Positions 55,573 through 64,000 of a stretch of 64,000 nucleotides of DNA are shown here, piece by piece. The DNA comes from an uncultured Bacteroides sp. (GTDB taxonomy: Bacteria > Bacillota > Clostridia > Oscillospirales > Ruminococcaceae). The translations under genes were made by a program, and so were the position numbers. Position 1 is the stretch's first letter, and every line of letters begins with the position of its first letter. Where the stretch lies: NCBI GenBank assembly GCA_964371535.1, contig CAYJMH010000010.1, forward strand, positions 2,607 to 66,606. The letters run 5' to 3'. The notes below the pieces were generated by a model, which did no database searches, was not told where the DNA came from, and saw only the letters and a list, made by a program, of their open reading frames with translations.

Positions 55573-57264
55573 ATGATAACAGGCAAAATTTTAAGAGATA
55601 GCATTATATCCGGTGCCAATAAGCTTACTAATTACAAAGTCAGCGTTGATGAGCTTAACGTATTCCCTGTGCCGGACGGCGACACAGGTGCAAACATGAG
55701 CATGACAATAGGTGCGGCACAAGAAGAACTTTTAGTTCTTGGCGATGACTGCACAGTTGAAAAAGCTGCAGGTGTTGCGGCAAGCGCAATGTTGCGTGGC
55801 GCAAGGGGCAACAGTGGTGTTATTACAAGCCTTTTGTTCCGCGGTTTTTCTAAGGCAATGAAAGACAAAAAAAATGCAGAGGCCATAGACTTGGCAAACG
55901 CACTTGACGCAGGCGTGAAAGCCGCTTATAAGGCGGTAATGAAACCGACAGAGGGAACTATGCTTACTGTTGCACGTGTTGCAAGTGAAAAAGCACTTGA
56001 AAGTGGCGAAAAAGATGTTGTGAAAATGTGGAGCCTTGTTTGCAAAGAGGCGCAAAAAGCACTGGATTATACACCCGAGCAATTGCCGGTACTTAAAAAA
56101 GCCGGCGTTGTAGACGCAGGCGGCCAAGGGCTTTTGTATGTATTCGAGGGTATGCTTAGCGTATTTTCCGGCGGTGAGATTGTGGAATTAGACAAACAAG
56201 AAAAACGTGTTGCAAAACTTTCAAGCGAAGCAGCAGGCAAGGGTGTTTTCAGCGATGAGCTTATGCACGTGGAGGATATAGTGAACGGATATTGCACGCA
56301 GTTCCTTGTTAATAAAAACGAGAATGCGAACAGCGAAAAATTGCGTGCGTTTTTAGAGAGCAATGGCGACAGCGTTGTTGTTATTGAGGACGACGAGCTT
56401 ATGAACTGCCATGTGCATACTGCAGACCCGGGCAAAATTATAAGCAAAGCGCTTGACCACGGATATTTGACAAGCTTTAAAATAGAGAACATGCATGAGC
56501 AATTTTTGAGCCGCCAAAAAGAAGCCGGTGGGCTTAAAAAACAAGTTGAGGCAGAAAAAAATGAAAGTGCGAGTGAGTTTATTTATGCCGCAGTTGACAC
56601 CTCGAACGAGTACGGTTTTGTTGCTGTTTCGGCAGGCGAGGGACTGAGTGCTGTGTTTAAAGATTTGGGCGCAGACGCCATTGTTTCGGGTGGCCAAACA
56701 ATGAACCCTGCAACAAAAGATATAGTTGAGGCAGTTCAAAGCGTGCCAGCAAAAACAGTGTTTGTGTTGCCAAACAACAAAAACATAATTTTAGCGGCAG
56801 AGCAAGCGAAGAAAATAGCCGACAGAAATGTTGTGGTTTTGCCTACACGCACTATACCACAGGGTGTAACAGCAATGTTGTCTTTTGACCCGGATGCAAG
56901 CGAAAAAGACAATAGCATTAATATGATGAAAGCTGCCGACAAAGTTGCAACAGGACTTGTAACATTTGCCGCAAGAGACAGTGATTTTGATGGCAAGAAA
57001 ATTAAAAAAGGCGAAATTTTAGCACTTGAAAACGGCAAACTTTCGGCTGTGGGTACAGACATTGAAAAAACTACTTATAGGCTTGCACGTGGCATGTGCA
57101 AAAAAGACACAAGCTTTATTACTGTGTTCTCGGGCTGTGATGTAACATCGGAAGAAGCCGAAAAAGTTACTGAGTTAATTAAATCAAAATGCCCTGAACA
57201 CATTGAGGTTTCGTGCATAGAGGGCGGCCAACCTGTTTATTACTATATGATTAGCGTAGAGTAA
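55573..57264 (+). CDS. fakA: DAK2-domain protein, fatty acid kinase subunit A (YloV)
   Basis: LNVFPVPDGDTG, GARGNSGVI, GGQTMNP, LPNNKNI, GGQPVYYY. Confidence 0.92.
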   Translation: MITGKILRDSIISGANKLTNYKVSVDELNVFPVPDGDTGANMSMTIGAAQEELLVLGDDCTVEKAAGVAASAMLRGARGNSGVITSLLFRGFSKAMKDKKNAEAIDLANALDAGVKAAYKAVMKPTEGTMLTVARVASEKALESGEKDVVKMWSLVCKEAQKALDYTPEQLPVLKKAGVVDAGGQGLLYVFEGMLSVFSGGEIVELDKQEKRVAKLSSEAAGKGVFSDELMHVEDIVNGYCTQFLVNKNENANSEKLRAFLESNGDSVVVIEDDELMNCHVHTADPGKIISKALDHGYLTSFKIENMHEQFLSRQKEAGGLKKQVEAEKNESASEFIYAAVDTSNEYGFVAVSAGEGLSAVFKDLGADAIVSGGQTMNPATKDIVEAVQSVPAKTVFVLPNNKNIILAAEQAKKIADRNVVVLPTRTIPQGVTAMLSFDPDASEKDNSINMMKAADKVATGLVTFAARDSDFDGKKIKKGEILALENGKLSAVGTDIEKTTYRLARGMCKKDTSFITVFSGCDVTSEEAEKVTELIKSKCPEHIEVSCIEGGQPVYYYMISVE

Positions 57265-57305
57265 TAATAAAGCCAAAGTTTTGTTTTGTCGGTATAATAT
57301 TGCTT

Positions 57306-57349
57306 AATAATGTAAATAATACCGCGGTATTATTTACATTATTTTTTTT
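57306..57349 (+). terminator. perfect 38-bp palindrome plus T-run after fakA
   Basis: AATAATGTAAATAATACCG|CGGTATTATTTACATTATT followed by a T-run. Confidence 0.65.
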
Positions 57350-57383
57350 GTTGTTTGATGTTTTTTAGCTACTTTGCACGAAA

Positions 57384-57435
57384 AAGTGTTTTTAAGACGA
57401 AAACACTTGTCTTTGGTGGAAATACATGATAAAAT
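57384..57435 (+). promoter_or_regulatory. promoter of the threonine operon with an adjacent inverted repeat
   Basis: AAGTGTTTT-N7-AAAACACTT overlapping TTGTCT-17-TAAAAT (extended TG). Confidence 0.5.
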
Positions 57436-57480
57436 AGTTTCAGGCATTAATTATTATTATGCAAAGGGGCGCTGAGTGTA

Positions 57481-57906
57481 ATGGGCAAAAGGTATTTACT
57501 TGTTGACAGTGACGTCTTACCTGAGATATTTTTAAAAGTATCTAAAGCAAAAGAACTTTTGGCCGAGGGCAAAGCGAAGAGTGTTTCGCAGGCGACAAAA
57601 ATGCTGAACATATCACGCAGTGCATTTTACAAGTATAAAGACTGCATTTTTGATGTTGAGAACACAGGCAGTGTGCACACTGTAAGTGCTGTGCTTAAAG
57701 ACGAGACAGGCGCTCTGCAATCTTTGTTGGCTGCAATTTCTGCGGCAGGTGCATCTATTGTTACAATAAACCAGTCAACGCCGGAAAACGGTACGGCGAA
57801 TGTTGCTGTCAGTGTCAGAAGTGATAGCATGTTAATGAGCTTTGAGAGTATGCTTGACACACTGAGAACACAGCCTACAGTTGTAGAGGCGAGGCAATCG
57901 AGCTAG
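57481..57906 (+). CDS. thrR: HTH + ACT-domain regulator (UPF0735, ThrR/PheB-like)
   Basis: LPEIFLKV, ISRSAFYKYKD, TINQSTP; heads the hom-thrB-lysC operon. Confidence 0.8.
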   Translation: MGKRYLLVDSDVLPEIFLKVSKAKELLAEGKAKSVSQATKMLNISRSAFYKYKDCIFDVENTGSVHTVSAVLKDETGALQSLLAAISAAGASIVTINQSTPENGTANVAVSVRSDSMLMSFESMLDTLRTQPTVVEARQSS

Positions 57907-57978
57907 GCAGTGGTGAGAAGAGTGTTGCCACTATATAAGATTAAGTATATAATATGTTTTAGTTAGGAGTTTTAATAT

Positions 57979-59208
57979 ATGGCTAATGTTGCAATTTTGG
58001 GCTTTGGTACAGTGGGAAGCGGTGTGCTTGAGGTGTTGGAAACAAACGCACTTTCGGTGTCTAAAAGGGTAGGGCAAGACGTTAAAGTTAAATATATTTG
58101 CGATATACGAGATTTTTCGGCACATGAAAAATCACATCTTTTTGTTAATAATATAGATGTGATTTTAAATGATGACGATGTAAATGTTGTTGTGGAAACC
58201 ATTGGCGGCATTAACCCTGCCTATTTGTTTGTAAAGCAAAGCTTGTGTAGTGGGCGTCATGTAGTTACGTCTAACAAAGAACTTGTTGCAACACATGGCG
58301 CAGAACTTTTGCGCCTTGCGAAAAAGCATGAAGTTTGCTTTTTGTTTGAGGCGAGCGTAGGCGGCGGCACACCTGTAATAACGCCGCTTTACCAATGCCT
58401 TGCCGCAAATGTTGTAAATGACGTTATGGGAATTGTAAACGGCACAACAAATTTTATGCTTACAAAAATGTACCGCGAGAATTTAACGTTTGATGAAGCG
58501 CTGAAACTTGCGCAAGACCTTGGATACGCAGAAACATATGACCCCTCTGCCGACATTGACGGCATTGACGCACAAAGAAAAATTGCAATACTTGCAAGCA
58601 TAATAACCGGTATGCAAGTTCATACACAAAATGTGCCAACAAAAGGCATTAAAGACGTAAAACTTGCTGATATACACACGGCGGATAAACTTGACTGTGC
58701 CGTAAGACTTATAGCGTGGGCGAAAATGCAACAGGGTGGAAATGTTGTTTGTGGTGTTGAACCGTGTTTTGTGCCAAAAAGCAACATGCTTGCAGGCGTA
58801 CAAGATGTGTTTAATGCAATACTTATTAACGCAGACATGCTGGGCGATGTTAGCTTTTACGGCAAGGGTGCAGGGAAATTGCCAACGGCAAGCGCAGTTG
58901 TTGCAGACGTTATGGACGCACTAAAGTACGGAACAGGCATACATGATAGTCTTTTTTGGCAAGAAACACTTGCGCCTGAATTCACAAATGAAGACAGTGC
59001 AACATATGATTATTATGTAAGATTAAGTGGAATGTCAATTGAAAAAGCTGATGAAGTATTCGAAAACGTGCAAAAAGTAGAAAACGATGAAAGTGACGAG
59101 CTTTTGTTTATTAAAAAACAAGTAAAAACAAATGCATTTTTACAAATGTGCGAAAAAGCAAAGGCGAACGGTGCAAAAATAGGTGTATACATAAAATGTT
59201 TACAATAG
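57979..59208 (+). CDS. hom: homoserine dehydrogenase
   Basis: LGFGTVGSG, VVTSNKE, FEASVGGG, NGTTN, GKGAGKLPTASAV. Confidence 0.95.
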   Translation: MANVAILGFGTVGSGVLEVLETNALSVSKRVGQDVKVKYICDIRDFSAHEKSHLFVNNIDVILNDDDVNVVVETIGGINPAYLFVKQSLCSGRHVVTSNKELVATHGAELLRLAKKHEVCFLFEASVGGGTPVITPLYQCLAANVVNDVMGIVNGTTNFMLTKMYRENLTFDEALKLAQDLGYAETYDPSADIDGIDAQRKIAILASIITGMQVHTQNVPTKGIKDVKLADIHTADKLDCAVRLIAWAKMQQGGNVVCGVEPCFVPKSNMLAGVQDVFNAILINADMLGDVSFYGKGAGKLPTASAVVADVMDALKYGTGIHDSLFWQETLAPEFTNEDSATYDYYVRLSGMSIEKADEVFENVQKVENDESDELLFIKKQVKTNAFLQMCEKAKANGAKIGVYIKCLQ

Positions 59209-59259
59209 ATAGTGTTAGATTTAACGCCAAAGCATAAAACAAGTGGGGGATGCAACTAC

Positions 59260-60162
59260 ATGAAAATACACATAAAAGTGCCGGCGACGAGTGCAAACGT
59301 TGGTTCGGGATTCGACGCACTTGGCATTGCGCTTAATTTGTACAATACCGTTACAATTTCGCCCAGTGATGTACTTGATATTTCCTCGGATGATGGTAGT
59401 TTTGTGCCCACGGGCAAGGATAACATGATATACAAAACCGTAAAACAAGTTTGTAAAATGTACGGTAAAACCATAGATGGGCTTAAAATAGTACAGACTA
59501 ATGAAATACCAATGGCAAGGGGGCTTGGCTCCAGCAGTGCATGCATTGTGGCAGGAATACTTGCGGCAAACGAACTTTTGGAAAGGCCTATGACAACCCA
59601 AGATGTGCTTACACTTGCAACAGACATGGAGGGGCACCCGGACAATGTGGCACCGGCACTTATGGGCGGGTTTGTAACGTCGGTTTTCGACGAAGGGCAA
59701 GTATACAGCTTGAAAAAAGAAATTCCGAGCGACTTGTCTTTTGCGGCGTTTGTGCCGAATTTTAGGCTACTTACAAAAAAAGCACGCGGTGTGTTGCCGC
59801 AAAACATAGCACATAAAGACGCTGTTTACAACTTATCGCGCAGCTCGTTGCTTACAATTGCACTTTTTCAAGAGCGTTATGATTTGTTGAAAATAGCAAC
59901 AAAAGACGTATTGCACCAGCAGTACAGGCTGCCGCTTATAGAGGGTGGCGAAGAAATATTCGAGCTTTGTGATAATTTAAATGCGCTTGCAACGTATATT
60001 GGCGGTGCCGGCCCCACAATTTTAAGCTTTGTTCATAAAGACAATAAAGACTTTTATGCAAACGCCGAAAAAGCAATAGAGGAAAATAGGCGTTTGCTTA
60101 AAAAATACACATTGAAAAAACTGTGCGCGGACAATGCTGGCGCAGTAGTTACAATTTGTTGA
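59260..60162 (+). CDS. thrB: homoserine kinase
   Basis: PATSANVGSGFD, IPMARGLGSS, EGHPDNV, GAGPT. Confidence 0.95.
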   Translation: MKIHIKVPATSANVGSGFDALGIALNLYNTVTISPSDVLDISSDDGSFVPTGKDNMIYKTVKQVCKMYGKTIDGLKIVQTNEIPMARGLGSSSACIVAGILAANELLERPMTTQDVLTLATDMEGHPDNVAPALMGGFVTSVFDEGQVYSLKKEIPSDLSFAAFVPNFRLLTKKARGVLPQNIAHKDAVYNLSRSSLLTIALFQERYDLLKIATKDVLHQQYRLPLIEGGEEIFELCDNLNALATYIGGAGPTILSFVHKDNKDFYANAEKAIEENRRLLKKYTLKKLCADNAGAVVTIC

Positions 60163-60177
60163 AAGGGAGGAAGGTAT

Positions 60178-61383
60178 ATGGCACTAATTGTTCAAAAATT
60201 CGGTGGCACTTCGGTTGCAGACCGCGACAGGCTGTTTAACGTGGCGAAGATTATTGCGAAGACAAGAGAGCAAGGCAATGACGTGGTGGTTGTTGTTTCT
60301 GCACAGGGTAAAACGACTGACGAGCTTATTGAAAAAGCGGCTGAAATAACAAAAGCACCGTCTCAACGTGAGATGGACGTTCTTTTGTCCACGGGCGAGC
60401 AAATAACAATATCACTGCTTGCAATGACACTTGCCGAAATTGGTGTGCCTGCAATTAGCCTTACGGGCTGGCAAGCAGGTTTTAAAACAAGCAGTTCTTA
60501 CACAAAAGCGAGGATTAGCAAAATAGACGGCGAGCGCATTGAGACAGAGCTTGCAAAAAAACGTGTTGTTATTGTGGCAGGTTTCCAAGGCATTAATAGG
60601 TCAGAGGACATAACAACGCTTGGGCGTGGAGGTTCAGACACAAGTGCCGTTGCAATTGCAGCACAGCTTAATGCAGACTTGTGCCAAATTTACACAGATG
60701 TGGACGGCGTTTATACGGCCGACCCACGCCTTGTAAAATCGGCTAAAAAACTTAGCGAGATAACATTTGATGAAATGCTTGAACTTGCAAGCCTTGGCGC
60801 ACAAGTTTTAAACAACAGAAGTGTAGAGCTTGCAAAAAAATATTCTGTAAACTTAGAGGTGCTTAGCTCATTAAGCGGCGCACCCGGTACAATTGTTAAG
60901 GAGGTTACATCGGTGGAAGGAATGTTAATAAACGGCGTTGCAAAAGACACAAGAGTTGCTGTTGTCACAATTTTAGAGGTGCCTGATGTTCCGGGCATGT
61001 CGTTTAAAGTGTTTAGCCTTATGGCACAGCGCAAAATAAATGTAGATATTATACTTCAGTCGTCGGGAAGAGTTGGCACAAAAGACGTTATATTTACTGT
61101 GCCACTTGAAGACGCAGACAATGCGCGCGAGATTTTGAATGAGAACATGGCGCGTTTCGGCGGCAAAGAAGTGTTTATTGACACAGACGTTGCCAAAGTT
61201 TCAGTTGTAGGCGCAGGCATGCAAAGCCACCCGGGCGTTGCCAGCACAATGTTTGAGGCGCTTTACGAGGCGAACATCAACATAAGAATGATTTCCACAA
61301 GCGAGATTAAAATATCTGTATTAATTAGTAAAGACGACGCCAACAAGGCAGTTAGTGCAATACACGATGCATTTATAAAATAA
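60178..61383 (+). CDS. lysC: aspartate kinase
   Basis: VQKFGGTS, TLGRGGSD, YTDVDG, two ACT domains, STSEIKIS. Confidence 0.93.
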   Translation: MALIVQKFGGTSVADRDRLFNVAKIIAKTREQGNDVVVVVSAQGKTTDELIEKAAEITKAPSQREMDVLLSTGEQITISLLAMTLAEIGVPAISLTGWQAGFKTSSSYTKARISKIDGERIETELAKKRVVIVAGFQGINRSEDITTLGRGGSDTSAVAIAAQLNADLCQIYTDVDGVYTADPRLVKSAKKLSEITFDEMLELASLGAQVLNNRSVELAKKYSVNLEVLSSLSGAPGTIVKEVTSVEGMLINGVAKDTRVAVVTILEVPDVPGMSFKVFSLMAQRKINVDIILQSSGRVGTKDVIFTVPLEDADNAREILNENMARFGGKEVFIDTDVAKVSVVGAGMQSHPGVASTMFEALYEANINIRMISTSEIKISVLISKDDANKAVSAIHDAFIK

Positions 61384-61445
61384 ATGCTACATTATAAACA
61401 GTTGCTTAAATGGCGGTAAAACAGCGTTGACATTTAGTTTAAATT

Positions 61446-61598
61446 AAATGGGGCTGTCGCATAATAATAGCAAACTGTAAGTAGTATATGCAAGGTTAAT
61501 AAAAAAATCGGTGTGTCTTATGGATGAACACACCGATTTTTTTGTTAATTTTAGCTATATAAAATGGAAATAAGTGTCTTAAAGCGACAGCACCATTT
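61446..61598. repeat. inverted-repeat-bounded element containing a bidirectional terminator
   Basis: Ends AAATGGGGCTGTCGC / GCGACAGCACCATTT (14/15); central AAAAAAATCGGTGTGT...ACACACCGATTTTTTT hairpin at about 61501-61543. Confidence 0.55.
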
Positions 61599-62528
61599 TT
61601 ATGCGTTTAAATAATTAAAAACTGCAGTTGCGGCATTGGCGCCGTCACTTACGGCAGTTGTTATTTGGCGCAATTGCTTTTTGCGCAAATCGCCGGCAAC
61701 ATAAAGGCCGTCAACTTCTGTTTTGCCGCTCTCAGGTGCATTTACATAGCCGTATTCATCAAGTTCAACAATGCCTTTTAAAAGCTCTGTTTTAGGTGTT
61801 GTGCCGACAGCTATAAAAACACCTTGAACGTCAAGCGCTGCTGTTTGCCCGCTTTTCACGTCTTTAACATCAAGCCTTTTAACACTGCCATCACCCTTAA
61901 TCTCTTGCGCTGTGCTGTTCCAAACAATTTCAACGTTTTCACACTCAAACAGTTTTTTCTCTAAATATGCGCCTGCACGTAATTTGTCGCGCCTGTGCAC
62001 AACATAAACTTTTTCACAAAGTCCGCTTAAATATATTGCGTCTTCAACAGCCGTGTAGCTGCCGCCCACAACTGCCACCGTTTTGTTTTTAAAAAATGCG
62101 CCGTCACACGTTGCACAGTAAGAAACGCCCTTGCCGGAGAATTCGGCCTCGCCGCTTATTCCAAGCTTTCTGTTCTCGGCACCTGTGCAAACAAGTACGC
62201 ACTTAGCAAGAATCTCCTCGCTAGATGTAACAACAGTGAAGCCGCTGTCGGATTTTTTTATCTCTTTAATTTCTGCAGTCTCTACTTTGGCGCCAAAACG
62301 CTCTGCGTGTTCTTTGAATTTCACGCCTAGGTCAAAGCCGTTTATGCCTGCAATGCCAAGGTAGTTGTCAACTTCATACGTTGTAAGCACTTGGCCGCCT
62401 GCCACATAGTTGCTTTCAAATATTCGAAGCGTTAAACCTGAGCGTGAAGCATACACCGCCGCACTAAGCCCTGCCGGCCCGGCACCTATTATGGCTAAAT
62501 CTAAGATGGCTTGTTTTGTGTTGTCCAT
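61599..62528 (-). CDS. trxB: thioredoxin-disulfide reductase
   Basis: IGAGPAG, VSYCATCDG, VHRRDK, AGDLR. Confidence 0.93.
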   Translation of the reverse strand: MDNTKQAILDLAIIGAGPAGLSAAVYASRSGLTLRIFESNYVAGGQVLTTYEVDNYLGIAGINGFDLGVKFKEHAERFGAKVETAEIKEIKKSDSGFTVVTSSEEILAKCVLVCTGAENRKLGISGEAEFSGKGVSYCATCDGAFFKNKTVAVVGGSYTAVEDAIYLSGLCEKVYVVHRRDKLRAGAYLEKKLFECENVEIVWNSTAQEIKGDGSVKRLDVKDVKSGQTAALDVQGVFIAVGTTPKTELLKGIVELDEYGYVNAPESGKTEVDGLYVAGDLRKKQLRQITTAVSDGANAATAVFNYLNA

Positions 62529-62739
62529 TTTTTTACCTCGCTATAATTAAGTGTTAATAAATAAAAACATGTATTTGCGTTTAAAAGTTAAAAGTACAAA
62601 ATAAAAAACAATGGCTTTGCGTAAAATTTAATTATTAAGCATGGTTTTATAATATATCATTATGTCGGTTTTGTAAATACATTATACAGCGAATTTTTGT
62701 TTTTGCCTTAATATATATGCCGGCGCGTGCAATATAGTG

Positions 62740-62768
62740 TTGACATTTCCTGTAAATAGTTGTAAAAT
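62740..62768 (+). promoter_or_regulatory. sigma-A promoter of the str operon
   Basis: TTGACA-17 nt-TAAAAT. Confidence 0.7.
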
Positions 62769-62872
62769 AGAGGTTGCGCCGTTTAGGTGCGTTTTGTCTT
62801 GCCAAAACGGTGCGATTTTTTTGGCGAATAGCCCAAAAAATATTTATAAATTTGGAAAGAAAGGAGAAAAAT

Positions 62873-63295
62873 ATGCCAACATTTAACCAACTTGTACGCA
62901 AAGGTCGTGAAGTATTGGTGAAAAAGAGTACAGCACCTGCATTGCTTAAAGGTTACAACTCAAAGAAAAAAGCGTATACAGACCAAAGCTCGCCGCAAAA
63001 ACGTGGTGTGTGCACAGCTGTTCGTACTATGACACCGAAAAAACCAAACTCTGCTCTACGTAAAGTTGCCCGTGTCCGTCTTTCAAATGGTATCGAAGTT
63101 ACTTCGTATATTCCCGGTATCGGCCACAATCTTCAAGAGCACAGCGTTGTTTTGATTCGCGGCGGCCGTGTTAAAGACTTACCCGGTGTTCGTTACCATA
63201 TTATTCGTGGTACTTTGGACACACAAGGTGTTGCAAACCGCGGTCAAGCACGTTCAAAATACGGTGCAAAGCGCCCCAAGGCCGGTGCTAAATAA
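62873..63295 (+). CDS. rpsL: 30S ribosomal protein S12
   Basis: [39 protein letters not shown] before ATG 62873. Confidence 0.98.
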   Translation: MPTFNQLVRKGREVLVKKSTAPALLKGYNSKKKAYTDQSSPQKRGVCTAVRTMTPKKPNSALRKVARVRLSNGIEVTSYIPGIGHNLQEHSVVLIRGGRVKDLPGVRYHIIRGTLDTQGVANRGQARSKYGAKRPKAGAK

Positions 63296-63433
63296 GTAAA
63301 AAGAAACACATTTTAAACTTACTTGCCCCAAAAAGGGTTTTATTATAGATAAACCTCTTTTATAAGGCAGTACGGAAGTTTTTTATTACTTTCGAGTACC
63401 AATGATATCATTAATATGAAGGAGGGAAGAAAG

Positions 63434-63904
63434 ATGCCAAGAAGAGGTAATATTGCGAAACGCGATGTACTTGCAGACCCGGTATACAATTCCAAAATGG
63501 TTACACGTTTAATAAACAGCATTATGTATGACGGCAAAAAAGGCGTTGCCCAAAAAATAGTTTACGATGCTTTTGACATTGTAAAAGAAAAAACAGGCAA
63601 CGACGCACTTGAGAGCTTCGAAAAAGCGCTTGAGAATATTATGCCGGTTTTAGAAGTTAAAGCACGCCGTGTAGGTGGTTCAACATACCAAGTACCTATG
63701 GAGGTACGCCCGGACCGCAGGGAAACACTAGGCTTGCGTTGGCTTACATCATACTCACGCAACCGTAACGAGCGCACAATGCGCGAGCGTTTGGCCGGTG
63801 AGATTATGGATGCTTGCAACGGAAACGGCAATGCATGCAAAAAACGCGAAGACACACACAAAATGGCAGAGGCAAACAAAGCATTTGCACATTTCAGATA
63901 CTAA
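63434..63904 (+). CDS. rpsG: 30S ribosomal protein S7
   Basis: [30 protein letters not shown]. Confidence 0.98.
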   Translation: MPRRGNIAKRDVLADPVYNSKMVTRLINSIMYDGKKGVAQKIVYDAFDIVKEKTGNDALESFEKALENIMPVLEVKARRVGGSTYQVPMEVRPDRRETLGLRWLTSYSRNRNERTMRERLAGEIMDACNGNGNACKKREDTHKMAEANKAFAHFRY

Positions 63905-63921
63905 GTTAAGGAGAACAGAAT

Positions 63922-64000
63922 ATGCCAAGAGACGTCTCTCTGGAGATGACCAGAAACATCGGCATTATGGCTCACATAGACGCCGGCAAAACAACTACTA
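63922..64000 (+). CDS. fusA: elongation factor G, 5' end only
   Basis: [34 protein letters not shown]; follows rpsG. Confidence 0.95.
   Translation, partial: MPRDVSLEMTRNIGIMAHIDAGKTTT

Noticed and set aside
1..64000. CRISPR array, tRNA/rRNA, prophage or autonomous IS
   Set aside because: No regularly spaced repeats, cloverleaf or rRNA signatures, phage structural genes, integrase or transposase were seen on manual reading.

Overview
A 64 kb stretch of AT-rich bacterial chromosome. Gene content and Shine-Dalgarno (SD) and sigma-A signals fit a Clostridia (Bacillota) anaerobe; this is inferred, not searched. Most of it is housekeeping: prs, ruvX, two-subunit transketolase, a nucleoside ABC transporter plus pdp, folC, trmB, class III RNR, iscS-iscU-mnmA, a Ca-type P-ATPase, glmS, cysK, yloU-fakA, thrR-hom-thrB-lysC, trxB and rpsL-rpsG-fusA. 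I saw no rRNA, tRNA, CRISPR array, transposase or prophage gene. Notable observations: (1) The anaerobic ribonucleotide reductase is split. The 756-aa NrdD stops before its glycyl-radical motif, which is encoded by a separate 54-aa ORF (RITGYL, own strong SD) missed by the ORF track and lying in frame behind a single TAG. (2) A stand-alone 1451-aa DUF4062-STAND NTPase-TPR protein with NLR/Avs-like architecture. (3) A divergent SAH-hydrolase-like gene with apparent catalytic-motif substitutions, bracketed by two inverted copies of a 79-bp REP-like repeat that has a third copy at 32.5 kb. (4) A GacI/GacJ/GT-C-like surface glycosylation module. (5) Several MITE-like elements and candidate regulatory sites (NrdR boxes, sigma-28 promoters, a possible ThrR operator, str-operon RNA hairpins). 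All family calls come from visual motif recognition, not database searches.
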